A DNA stretch of 64,000 nt from Azolla caroliniana (taxonomy: Eukaryota > Plantae > Polypodiophyta), in NCBI GenBank assembly GCA_043228905.1, contig JBHGNT010000013.1, positions 3,410,001 to 3,474,000 of the forward strand, written 5' to 3'. Within the stretch, counting starts at the first letter, position 1. Every line of letters starts with the position of its first letter. Below the pieces are notes generated by a model. That model was not told the origin of the DNA and did no database searches. It saw nothing but the letters and a program-made list of their open reading frames with translations. This document shows positions 12,840 through 24,119 of the stretch, in pieces. The position numbers and the translations under genes were made by a program.

Positions 12840-14640
12840 TAGCAAGAGAGACTGAGACTGAGTGCAAAAGTCAAACAGTGGGGGAGAAAGTGAGTAAGAA
12901 AGTGCAAGAGAGTGACTTGTTGTTGGGAAATCGGTCCCTCCGGATGGGATCCCGTGATGAATGAAGAGGACCCGGTGAGAACTGGAAGAGATCCGGAAAC
13001 CGGAGGAGACTCGGTGAGAACTGGAAGAGAAGACATATCTGTAAATATGTTTTGAGTGTGTGCCTATGGAGGCTATATTTGTAAATAGCCCTAAGTTCAT
13101 ATAAGTATAAATATGACTTAGGGCAATCACTTTGAAGAGTGTGTGAGAGAGAGAGTTTTGTATTCATATTGTTGTATAGAGACTAACACAGAGAGAGAGA
13201 GAGAGGAGATACAGAGCAATACTCTATTTTAACCGCCGCTTGGTGTAGAAACAGAGCTCGAGGTCGTTGCCTCCGAATCTTTGATTGTATCTCTCTCATA
13301 GAGTGATAGTTTAGAGTCTGTAGGCTCCCGTGGTTTTTCCCTATTAGGGTTTTCCACGTAAAACATATTGTGTACTCTCTATTTTCTGAGTGGGTACGTG
13401 CGTTCTCTTTCTACTTCCCATTTTTGTGATTCAAGTCTCGGTTGTGGCCGAGCGATATTCCGTGTTATTCTCTACAATCTGGTATCAAAGTGAACAACAC
13501 AGGAAATGGAAGAATCACTCGACAACATGTTCAAGCTCACCGGCTCCAACTACTTAGTGTGGAAGTCGAAGATGAGGGAAATGCTGGTGGTTAAAGATCT
13601 TTGGTTGCCGGTTCAGTTCCGAGACAAGAGACTGGATAAGATCAATGCCGCGACATGGGTGGTGATGCACATGAAGACGACGACATACATCCGGTGCTTT
13701 ATCGACATGAGCCTCTACAACAACTTCAATGAAGAGAGCAAGGCTCATGAACTCTAGGAGAAGATTGGCATCAAGTTCCAGAACAAGAATGTTGTTAATC
13801 GGGTTTCGGTATTCCGAAAGCTAGTGAGGCTCCGGTGGCGGAGCACATGAATGCCTTCCAGGGACTAATCCACCAGGCAACCTCGTTGGAAGTACCTCTT
13901 GCCGATGAGGTACTCGCATTACTCCTGCTCAGTTCTCTCCCGGATAGTTGGGAGACACTAGTTGTCACATTGGGCAACGCCGGGACGGAAGGAAAGAAGT
14001 TGTCCCTAGTGAGGGTAAAATCAAGCTTGCTAGATGAAGAAACTCTCCAGAAGGACCGGGAGTCCGGAACCAATCCGAAGGCCTTGGTCACAGAAGATGA
14101 CCACAACCGGGGAATAGGTCGGTATCGGAGTCCCCAAAACCGGAACAAATCGGAGACGAGGTCAAAGTCAAGGGGCAGGCCCACATGCTTCTATTGCGGG
14201 AAGCCGGGACACTTCCAAAAGAACTGTCAGCATTTCCAGAAGGAGAAAGAAACAGGCACTACCAATTCGAAGAACAGTTCGGACCGAAACAGTTTGGACT
14301 GGAGAGGCCCGGATCGGAAAGGAAAATCGGCAATCGCAACAAGTAAAGAGGAACTGATACTCATCACCGAGGAGAATGAGTTAAACCTTGTCAGCAACGA
14401 GACAACATGGGTTGTCGATTACGGAGCATCGTTCCACCTGACACCGGATTGGAGATGCTTCTCATCCTACATAGCCAGTGATGATGGTTGTGTCCGGATG
14501 GGGAATGAAGGTACATGCCGAATTATCGGCATAGGAGATCTTTTGTTGACGACATCAACCGGATGCAAGGTGTTGTTGAAGGATGTCAGACATGTTCTAG
14601 AGGTTCGACTAAACCTGATATCAACCGGTCAGCTAGATGA
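12840..14640 (+). mobile_element. 5' fragment of Ty1/copia (LTR, PBS, gag, protease), same family as 1-2286
   Basis: LTR ends CA at 13476; its 5' boundary is approximate. PBS TGGTATCAAAG at 13480. Gag starts at 13506 with MEESLDNMFKLTGSNY. Zinc knuckle CFYCGKPGHFQKNC and protease WVVDYGASFHL. The fragment breaks off after NLISTGQLDD. Confidence 0.9.
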
Positions 14641-15890
14641 TGCAACAATCCCGACCACCTACGAAGGAAGTGTGGAGACTTTCAAGACGCCCTAAGAAGG
14701 GATATTTTCTATCTTTGGAACAATAGGTTTGTATTCGACGGAGACAAGGTGCCCCTTGGGATTGAATCAAGACTGAGGGGGAATGAGAAGGCTAATGGAG
14801 GAGGCCAAAGCACGACATGTTGAAGCCATCCACTACTCGACGTCGGCTGGGATCCGAGTGGGAAAAGAGGCGAGGAGGAAAGAGGAGAAAGAGTTCGACT
14901 TTTGGCCGTCAATCCTTGGAAACCTCTCTGGGGGAAAGTTCAAAAGAGAAGAAGCTGACGAAGCGGAAAGAAGGGAAGCAACCGGGTGGAAGGATCCGAT
15001 GGAAGAAAAGACAAGCTTAGTGGAAGCCGCTTGCAAAACTACGAAGTAATGGTAGAAGAGAAGAAGGTAGGAAAAGACAAGGGAGCCGGTCCATCAAGGA
15101 ACTACGACGCTCAAGGTGCACGAATAAGGGAAGAGCCGAACCAGTCTCAAGCACGCGACGAAAGATGGAAAGAGAAGGGGAACCTTTGCTCAAAGATCGA
15201 ACAAGCAACGGACTTGAAGAAGGTATTGGAGGAAAGGATCCACGATAGTCACGTATAGTTTACTCTACAAGAGATCCTCGTAATTGCCAAGAAAGAATTC
15301 TACGAGGTCATCATCGACCTAATGAAGAGGAAGCGGCTCTCGATCGAGCAAGAAGTGGCAAAGCCTACAATTGTAAATGCATTGTCAACTGAGGTGCCCG
15401 AGGAAGACAAAAACAATGCGGACAGTCACTACACGAGGCCACATTGGGCGAGAACGACAACGGAGACACCGGTACGGGCCGGAGATGTAAAAGAGTCGGT
15501 TGTAGCATTGATCGACCATGGCTCTGAGATCAACCTTATGTCCATGGACTTTTATAAAAAGGGAAAGTGGCCGATCAACACGAAGCACGGGTGGAAGATT
15601 ATAACGACGACCTGAGCAACCAAGGAGCTATACGGGGCTTGCCCGAATGTACAGGTGAAGGTGGGGGACGTAGAAATAGATCAACATTTATTTGTTCAAG
15701 AGACGTCCTCACACCCGGTCATCTTGGGTGAACCATACATCACGGCGGCTCGCATGGAGACGAAGGTGTTAGACAACGGGTTGGCATATGCGAGGGTCAA
15801 GAGCCAAGGTGGGAAGCATTCGGTCCAATTCCTTACGGTGAGGCCCAACCATGACTGCAATCGAGCCTCCCTCAAAGGGGAGAGCTGAGA

Positions 15891-15935
15891 GGATTTTTTA
15901 TGCGGGCTATTAAAGAGTGGGGCATTAATAGCCCG
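15891..15935 (+). promoter_or_regulatory. Putative -1 programmed ribosomal frameshift signal (slippery site plus stem-loop)
   Basis: G_GAT_TTT and T_TTT_TTA heptamers lie in the gag-PR frame at 15891-15900. A perfect 11-bp stem pairs CGGGCTATTAA (15903-15913) with TTAATAGCCCG (15925-15935). The pol ORF at 15900 is in the -1 frame. Confidence 0.7.
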
Positions 15936-18900
15936 AGGCAAACTAAGACCCTAAACCCTTGTAAAACTATTAAATGTAATAGGAAACCATTTTGGTTCAT
16001 CGAAAATGGATCTTGTAAAATTACTAGTTTAAGTGATAGAGATAAGCCTAGGGCCAAGAGATACGAATGGTATCTCAAACAATGTAATTTATTGAGGGAA
16101 GATGACACCATAAGAGGCGCCATGGAGGCAGACTCGTTCAACGACACTCTCAGAGAGATGAAGAGGATAGTCGTTTCGGGCCTCAATGAAGACAAGGTAA
16201 TTCCAGTCAACTCAGTTGACATGTACACCGCCATCGAAGAGCTTGGGCGGTTGATTGAGGAAGCGAGGATGGTCAAGGTGCAAACAAAGTACAAAACCGT
16301 GGACAAGAAGGTGAAGCATGTGGCTGCCCCATTGCCTAACGATAGTTGGGATTGGATAAAGGGGGTAGCAGTTGATCCTAGCTTGCGGGACCCACGAGGC
16401 ATAGGGCACCGGTTCACCGACGAGATGCGACAGAAGCTCCGGATTGGTGGGGGTGGCTTCCTATTGCCTAGGCAGGAGGAAAGATTTAGAAGGATGATCA
16501 AAAGCCACAGAAGGGCTTTCGCCTTCTTGTCGGGTGAGATAGGGTGCGTAAACCCTAAGATCGTGGAGCCAATGGTGATCTTTACGTACCGCATGTACCG
16601 TGGAACATCAAACCAATCCCAGTTCCGAGAGCTCACATCCCAAAGTTGATTGAGCTACTCAAGGAAAAGATCGAGATGGGTATCCTCGAGCCATCAAGTG
16701 CCCCATACTCGAATCGATGGTTCACTATGCCAAAGAAGAACGACACCATACGCTTCATCCAGGACCTACAACCTGTTAATCAAGTGACAGTTCGAAATGT
16801 AGGGGTCGGGCCGAGCGTTGACGAATTCGCCGAGGCCTTCACTGGAAGGTCTATTTATTCGATTGGTGATCTATACTCAGGGTATGCTCAATTCCAACTA
16901 GTTGTGGAGAGTAGGGACATCACGACGATGCGGACCCCTATCGGCCTAGTGTGAATGTGTACCTTGCCACAAGGAGGCACTAACTCTGTAGCCCACATGC
17001 TAAATGCAATGAACAAGGTATTGAGAGATTGCATCCCCGACATCACCATGTCATTCCTCGATGACATCCCCACAAAAGGGTGCTCTGAAGCGGAGAAAGA
17101 TGAAACCTTGGACGAGGATGGGTCCAAACGTTTTGTGGCATATCACATCTCCGATTGCGAGAAGGTTCTACAAAGACTCGAAGATGCACTCTTGACCTTC
17201 TCAGGTTAGAAATCGGCATTTGGCCAACCAGAGATTCTTGTGGTGGGACACTTGTGCGGAGCATACGGACAGAAGCCATCCCTGGCAAAGGTGAACGCCA
17301 TCACAGACATGAGGGAAGAATGTAAATCACAAATAGAGGTGAGGCGATTTCTTGGTGCCTGTGCATTCTACCACATCTAGAACCCGCACTACGCTCACCT
17401 AGCCGAGCCCTTGTATGGGCTACTCAAGAAGGGGCAGAAGTTCAAGTGGGAGGAAGAGCACATAGAGGCAATGAAGAGGCTCAAAGGAATGTTGGTAGCG
17501 GCACCAGCTTTATGAAAATCCATATACAAGGAAGGGGTGCCCATCTATGTGACGGTAGATACGAGTCCAACAGGGATCGGATGGGTCATCAACCAAGAAG
17601 GAGAGGATGGTACACGCTACGCCATCCGGTTCGGAGCCAAGGTCTTAAGCGAACGACAACAAGGATATGCCCAAGTAAAATGTGAGCTTTGGGGTATTGT
17701 GTCCGTAGTGAAGGCGGATAAAGATTACCTAATCGGGTCAGAGGTGGTAATAGAGACGGATTGCCTTCCAATCCTAGGGATGGTTTCGGGATGTGCAACA
17801 CCTGACCTAGCTATGCTAAGATGGATTGCTTACATCAAATCAATGAACCCGGAGATTCACAACATTTCAAGGAAGAACAATGCCATGGCCGATATGCTAT
17901 CAAGGGCAAGATTCGAGGGTGAAAGCGGCATGGTGTCTAAAGACAAGGATGTCACTCTTGACATCTTTAAGACGGCCCAAGCATCTATAGATGATCGAGA
18001 TGTGCGAGTACTCCATGCCTTCAATGAAAGTGAATACGAAGGGGAGTGGCTACACATTGGCAAGTTCTTAAGCTGAATGACGATGGATAGTTCATGGACG
18101 AAGGAGGAAGCACATAGAGTCTGAAAGAAAGCGTACAAGTACTTCCTACGAGGGGGATTCCTCTAGAGGCACCCGAAGAGAAGGACGGGGACGCCACAAT
18201 GAGTGGTCATAAAGGAAGAGGACTAGACAACATTGGTGTCTGGGTTCCATGAGAGTCCTTGGGCGGGCCATAGAGGAACGTGGGCAACATTCGAGAAGTT
18301 AAAGGAGAAGTATTGGTGGCCAGGAATGTACAAGGATATCGCCCATTTCGTGGGGACGTGTGAAAGGTGCCAAATACACTCCAACATACTCCATAGGGAC
18401 GAGTTGCACCTGACCTACCCACTCCCCATACCCTTCAAATGGATGGTGGATTTGGTTTCGATGCCGATGGGAGTAGACCAAATGAAATATTTGGTGCTAG
18501 CAAGAGAAGACATAACTAACCAAGTAGAAGGGCAAGCCTTAACAAACAAAATGACGGCAAGGGTGTGTAAATTCTGACTCAAGGATGTCATCTGTCGGTA
18601 CGGATGTGTGGGAAAGATAGTGGCCGACAGAGGAGAGTTGAACGCTCACGAAGCTACAAAACTCTTTGAACGACTTGGAGTGAAGCTCTCTCTCACGACT
18701 GCTTATAACCCGGAGGCTAATGGAAAGATAGAACGCAGACACGGGCCTATCGTAAAATCCATTGTAAGAGCTTGCGATGGGCAAGTCGGGAACTAGCCTC
18801 GGTTACTACCTTATGCATTGTGGGTCGACAGAACAACTAATGGCTCAGTTACAGGTTTCATGTCAGCTGAACTCATGTACGGACAAAAGCTGGTGATGCC

Positions 18901-19632
18901 CATTAAAGACACGATGGCGAAATGGGTAGCGATGCCGTGGGAAAACGAGATGAGTCAAGAAGAGCTTCTAGCAACAAGGATAAGGCAACTTGAGAGAAGA
19001 CCCGAAGACTTGGAGTTGGCAAAGGAGAGGTTAGAAGTGGCTAGGCTAAGTAACAAAGCTCGGTTCAACAAGACACACCGACTACGCCCTCGGAAGATCG
19101 AAGAAGGAGACTGGATGATTGTATATGATAGTAGTCTCAACAATCAACATAGCTCGATGCGGAAATTCGCAAAGTGATGGTTCAAGCCGTACATGGTAAC
19201 GAGTGCAAACGATAATGCTACCTACAACCTCACTGAACTCGATGGGACTAAGCTGGCAGTACCAATAGCAAGGAAGCGGATCAAAATCTTCAAAAAGTGA
19301 CACGACAAGGAGCCAAACCTCAATGACCTAGACGAAGATAAAGGCGAGCAAACAATGGGTGGATGTCGTGATGTGCGGTTTGGTGGGGGTGGATGTCGTG
19401 ATGTGGCATGCTCGAGAGTGGGAAAAACCGACGAAAGGGAGGGGTCAAAATGTGCATATGCAATGTGTGTGCACACAAAGGCAATTAATTGTGCACATGC
19501 AAAAGAAAAGGGAAAAGAAAGGGTGGAAAGGGGGTATAGAAGCTCGTGTAAAAAGTAAGAGAGAGGAGAGATAAAAAGTAAAGGGGAGACAAGCTATGAA
19601 TTTGTAGATATAGAATTATATATTATATAAGA

Positions 19633-19704
19633 GAGAGTTATTGGGTTAGTGGATAGTCACATTGACTTCTAGCTAGAGGTGCTTGGTTCAAATCTAGTCT
19701 TCCA
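19633..19704 (+). other. Degenerate tRNA-like segment (Arg-TCT-like) inside the gypsy LTR; second copy at about 11826-11897
   Basis: Contains GGTT-AGTGGAT-AGTC (D-arm-like), CTTCTAG (anticodon-loop-like), GGTTCAAATC (B-box/T-loop) and ends in CCA. The stems are imperfect. Confidence 0.4.
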
Positions 19705-20269
19705 ATGCAACATGATTTAAAGAATTTTATTCCTTTTTCATTGAAGACAAAATTGGCGACCCCTTTCTTTTTTTCCTATAAAAGGAGGTCGAGGGGGGCT
19801 CATTTAGGAGGACGTTTTGGGAGGAGGAGACTATCGCCATTTTTCCTTCGGAGATCTTCATCTTCTTCTTCACCAGTTCTCTTCATCTCATACCCCTTCA
19901 TACCCTCATCGCCACGTGCTTGTCTTCTTCGCGTTGGCACTCAAAGTGCTCGTGAGCCTAAGCTTCGTTGATTCAACGTTGCTTCACCCCGTTCGTCGTT
20001 GTGAGCCCGTGTGGTCGCCATTCGGGTGGTCGTGGTTCTTTGGGGTTGGCATTTTGGTGGTGCTCGTGTGTTCTTCTTCGCCGTGTTCGGATTTGCTCTT
20101 GTCTCTAAGGGCATTTAGTATTTATGTTTTGATTGAGCTTGCGGTTAACTAGAAGTTGCCATTGTGATCAAACCCTATTGTATAAAGGGTCCTCTTGCAT
20201 TGGAATCGAGCATGTATTTATTTCTTTGGCCAATATCATTCGTGTTTCTTTCTTTCTTTCTTTCTTTCT

Positions 20270-21330
20270 TTGTTCACGTCCACTTGTACGTTCGGCCGTC
20301 TTGTGATGAGGGAGCATTTCGGGCATGCCCATGCACCTCTCCTCCTCTAAAGGCGTACAAGCATTTTGCGTGTGTGTTTGTGTCTTCCTTGTACGTTCGG
20401 TCGTCTTGTGACGAGGGAGCGTTTCGGGCGTGCCCATGCACCTCTCCTCCTCATAAAGGCATACGAGCATTTGCGTGTGTGCTTGTGTGCTTGTGTCTTC
20501 CTTTTACGTTCCGTCGTCTTGTGACGAGGGAGCGTTTCGGGTGTGCCCATGCACCTCTCCTCCTCATAAAGGCGTACAAGCATTTTATGCATGTGTTTTT
20601 GTCTTCCTTGTACGTTCGGCCGACTTGTGACGAGGGAGCATTTCAAGTGTGCCCATGCACCTCTCCTCCTCATAAAGGCGTGCGAGTATTTGTGCGTGTG
20701 TTTGTGTCTTCCTTGTACGTTCAGCCGTCTTGTGACGAGGCAGCGTTTCAGGCATGCCCATGCACCTCTCCTCATAAAGGCGTACGAGCATTTTGTTCGT
20801 GTGTTTATTTCTTCCTTGTACGTTTGGTCATCTTGTGACAAGGGAGCATTTTGGGTGTGCCCATGCACCTGTCCTCCTCATAAAGACGTGCGAGCATTTG
20901 TGTGTGTGTTTGTGTCTTCCTTGTACGTTCGGTCCTCTTGTGACGAGGGAGCGTTCGGGCTTGCCCATGCACCTCTCCTCCTCATAAAGGCGTACGAGCA
21001 TTTTGTGTGTGTGTTTATGTCTTCCTTGTACGTTCGGCCGTCTTGTGATGAGGGAGCGTTTCAGGCGTGCCCATGCACCTCTTCTCCTAATAAAGGCGTA
21101 CGAGCATTTTGTGTGTGTGTTTGTGTCTTCCTTGTACATTCGGCCGTCTTGTGATGAGTGAGCATTCGGGCTTGCCCATGCACCTCTCCTCCTCATAAAG
21201 GCGTACGAGCATTTGTGTATGTGTTTTGTGTCTTCCTCATACATTCGACGTCTTGTGACGAGGGAGCATTCGGGTGTGCCCATGCACCTCTCCTCCTCAT
21301 AAAGACGTACGGGCATTCGTGTTTGTGTTA
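20270..21330 (+). repeat. About 105-bp tandem repeat array (about 10 copies) inside the gypsy LTR
   Basis: Unit GTGTCTTCCTTGTACGTTCGGCCGTCTTGTGACGAGGGAGCGTTTCGGGCGTGCCCATGCACCTCTCCTCCTCATAAAGGCGTACGAGCATTTTGTGTGTGT recurs at about 104-112 nt spacing. Confidence 0.95.
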
Positions 21331-23183
21331 TCGTCCCCTTGTGCGTTCATATTTGCTTGTACCCATTTGATCACTTGGCTCATGCGGTGATCTCGAAAAG
21401 TTGACGAGTCGTGATCAACGAAAGCCACCGGCCACACAAAAAAATAGGGGCAACGAGCCCTTGCTCGGGAAGGGGTCGGGAAGTAGTATTGTCGTAAAGC
21501 AAACCTCGGTTCTTCTCTATCCCTTGAGTACTCCCTAGTCCAAGACCCCCATGGTCCCACCCAAGTAACACGCACGCATGAAACTTCGTGACACTGGAAT
21601 CGACAAACCACACGTCTTCCGAGTTGGAGGTGCTTGCGGAGTCAGACGCCGACATAGAGTTCGCTCTATCCCTCATTACGAATAGTCCGTCGTTGTTGTC
21701 GTATTCGGAGTTGGTGGCGTAATTCGTGAGTTGTCGACTTGTCAAAGCCGACTCGCTTATTCTTTTTCGGCACTCCTCGCGATGGTTGATTTTTCCGTAA
21801 TAGTTGCAAGTTACGGGCCGTGTTTGCAGACGTTACTCGGCATGAAAGCTCCCCCTTCTTCCGAAGGTTCCTTTATGGCTTCCGTGAAGGTTTGAGTTCC
21901 CTTCGTGTGATGGGCCGAATTGACCTCTTCTACCACTGTGACCTCTTCCTCGGCCACCGTCCGAATTCGAGAAGAACATTTGTCCTTCCGACGTCTTGCT
22001 TTAGGTTCGGACATGGTTCACTTCGACCAATAGCATTGATTAGAGGTCGAAGAATGAAGGAGCGTTTTCTCTCGCCAAGATTGCCGTCCGTAATGGATCG
22101 AATCGTTGTGCGAGGCCGCCCAAGCATACTTGAACCATCTTGTCTTTGTCGACGATTATGTTGATGGAGCCAAGCAAGTCGCAAATGCCCTTGATCTTGA
22201 CGGTGTAGTCTGACACGGACATATCTTTTTGCTTAATGTTGTTCAACTCTTGTCGGAGTTGAAGTTTTCGGGCGGTCGTGTTGGCGGCAAACATTTTCTT
22301 TAAGTTCGCCCATGCTTCTTTAGGTGTCTTGGCGTCTTGAATGTGGCTAAGCATGTGGTCGTGGACACATGTTGCCAAGCAATACATGACTCGACTCACC
22401 GCTTGCTGCCATGTTCCATAGTTGGCGTTCTTTGAGTTGGGTTGATTTTCTTGTGCGTCGTTGATGTAGCTCCAATACCCTTGGCCAACAAAGTATTGGG
22501 TCATCTTGTACTCCCAAGATGAATAATTGCTCCGGTCTAGCTTTTCACTAGGGAGTGAGCTACCCATTTGTATGTTCATGCTGATTGTCATGTCTTTCGT
22601 TTTTACTTTCCTTCTGTCACGCACATGTGCTACGTAGCGGCACTACGGTAGCCGATAGCTAGATCTTGTCGTCAGCGTCTCGAAAACACAATCACGGAGT
22701 CGGGTGGGCTTAGTGGATTTTCTAAACCACACGCTCCGATACCATGTTAAGAATTAGGTAAGTAATTAAGCAAGGGTTAATTAGTACCTAATTATGTGAT
22801 TAAGTTAATCAGCAGAAGATTATGTGATATGTGTGTGTATGTGTGAGAGGAAGAGAGAGAGGAAGTTAACACTTATGAACACAAGATGGGGGATGAGTAA
22901 CTATATTAGATTAGAATTATCATCATCAAATACAAAAATACCCATAATGAGGTATATATAGATCTCATGTGCAAGGGTACACATGTGTGAGGATAATATA
23001 GGTACAAAAGTGTAAGTCCTATATTAAATGTACTTGGGAGTGGAGGATCTAGAATATCCCACTTAAGTACAAGGTCCTATTTAAGGCGTTATAGTCAACA
23101 CTTCTACTAGATTCTATGTAGGTAAGTACGAAGTTACATGGTTGACTAACTAACTAAACTAAGTTGAGCTTGATCTTTCAACA

Positions 23184-24119
23184 CTTTGCATGTCCACTTT
23201 TAGTTGCATGGCCTCTACTTTTAGTTGCATGCTTCCATTTTTAGTTGCATGCCTTTTACTTTTAGTTGCATGGCCTTGGCTTTTAGTTGAATGCGACCGT
23301 CTGTATAATTCGGCCAAATGACCTAATCATCCATAAAGTTTAGCCTATGTGCGATCCGTATGTGCGTCGCAACCACCCGAGATGCTATCGTGCCTTTCGG
23401 CACCAAATCGTTGTGTGAGTCGGGTGGGAATCACTAGGGTTTTGGACTAGGAGGAGGAGAGTTTTAAGGCTAAATAGACTAAGAATATAAATAGATGTTA
23501 AGAAAGAGATATAAAAACCTTGTGAATCTCACGAGTCTATTGTATTAGATTATTCAATATTAAGATAAGAATATGAATTTGGATTAAAAGAGAGATATTA
23601 AAAACTTGTGAATCCCACAAGTATAGATTATTAGATTTATTAATATTTAGAATCCTAATAAACATTTATCATAGATTGGAAGAGATAGATTATATAAAAC
23701 TTCGTGAATCCCACGATTATATTTTATTAATTGGTGTTTTAGGAAATATATAACCAATTTCCAAATATTCAACACCCCCCTATTACATTGAGCTCCCCAT
23801 CCTTATATAGTGATGAGAGAGTCTTAATAATCCATGCTTTTTCTCTAACAATAGACTATATGCTTTATCTAACATGCTTTTTCTAAAGTGATCTTGCTTT
23901 TTCTAACATGATGCGTTTTTATCAACTATAGTGTTTATGCACGTTAGATGTGCATATGTAGTTTTTTCTTTTATCATGCGTTTTCTTCTAACTAAAGTTT
24001 ATCCTAGCGTGAACTTACGTTTCTATGTGGGACATCAACTTTATTATTATAAATGATGTGTTAGTGTAATGGTAATTATTTTACTATTTTTCATATCGTG
24101 TGTGAAGAACCACACGACA
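23184..24119 (-). mobile_element. 5' end of a gypsy-type element (LTR about 23410-24119, PBS-like TGGTGCCG, leader) inserted into a LINE
   Basis: Minus-strand start TGTCGTGTGG resembles the LTR start at 57014. The leader carries ATGCAACTAAAAG repeats also seen at 31140-31225 and 57720-57820. It is truncated by the copia LTR at 23183. Confidence 0.6.

Larger units (their letters stand above)
14640..21593 (+). mobile_element. Ty3/gypsy element (5'-truncated gag-PR, pol, 2.2-kb 3' LTR)
   Basis: Protease ALIDHGSEINLM. RT EPSSAPYSNRWF...DLYSGY...LPQGGTNSV...FLDD. RNase H VTVDTSPTGIG. Integrase HESPWAGH...CERC...WMVDLV...ADRGELN. LTR 19394-21593 (TGTCGTGA...TCGTGACA). Confidence 0.9.
10494..23183 (-). 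mobile_element. Internally deleted Ty1/copia element hosting a nested gypsy/copia complex
   Basis: Near-identical LTRs at 10494-10937 and 22745-23183 (TGTT...AACA). PBS TGGTATCGGAGC at 22733-22744. Gag at 22624-22040 (LPSEKLDRSNYSSWEYKM). Protease WFVDS (about 21600) resumes as ASHHMTSHQKWF at about 11615. Integrase and RT/RH are largely missing. The flanks do not form a TSD. Confidence 0.85.

Noticed and set aside
20164-21370. Cys-rich ORFs of up to 224 aa
   Set aside because: They are translations of the 105-bp tandem repeat inside an LTR and are open in several frames on both strands.
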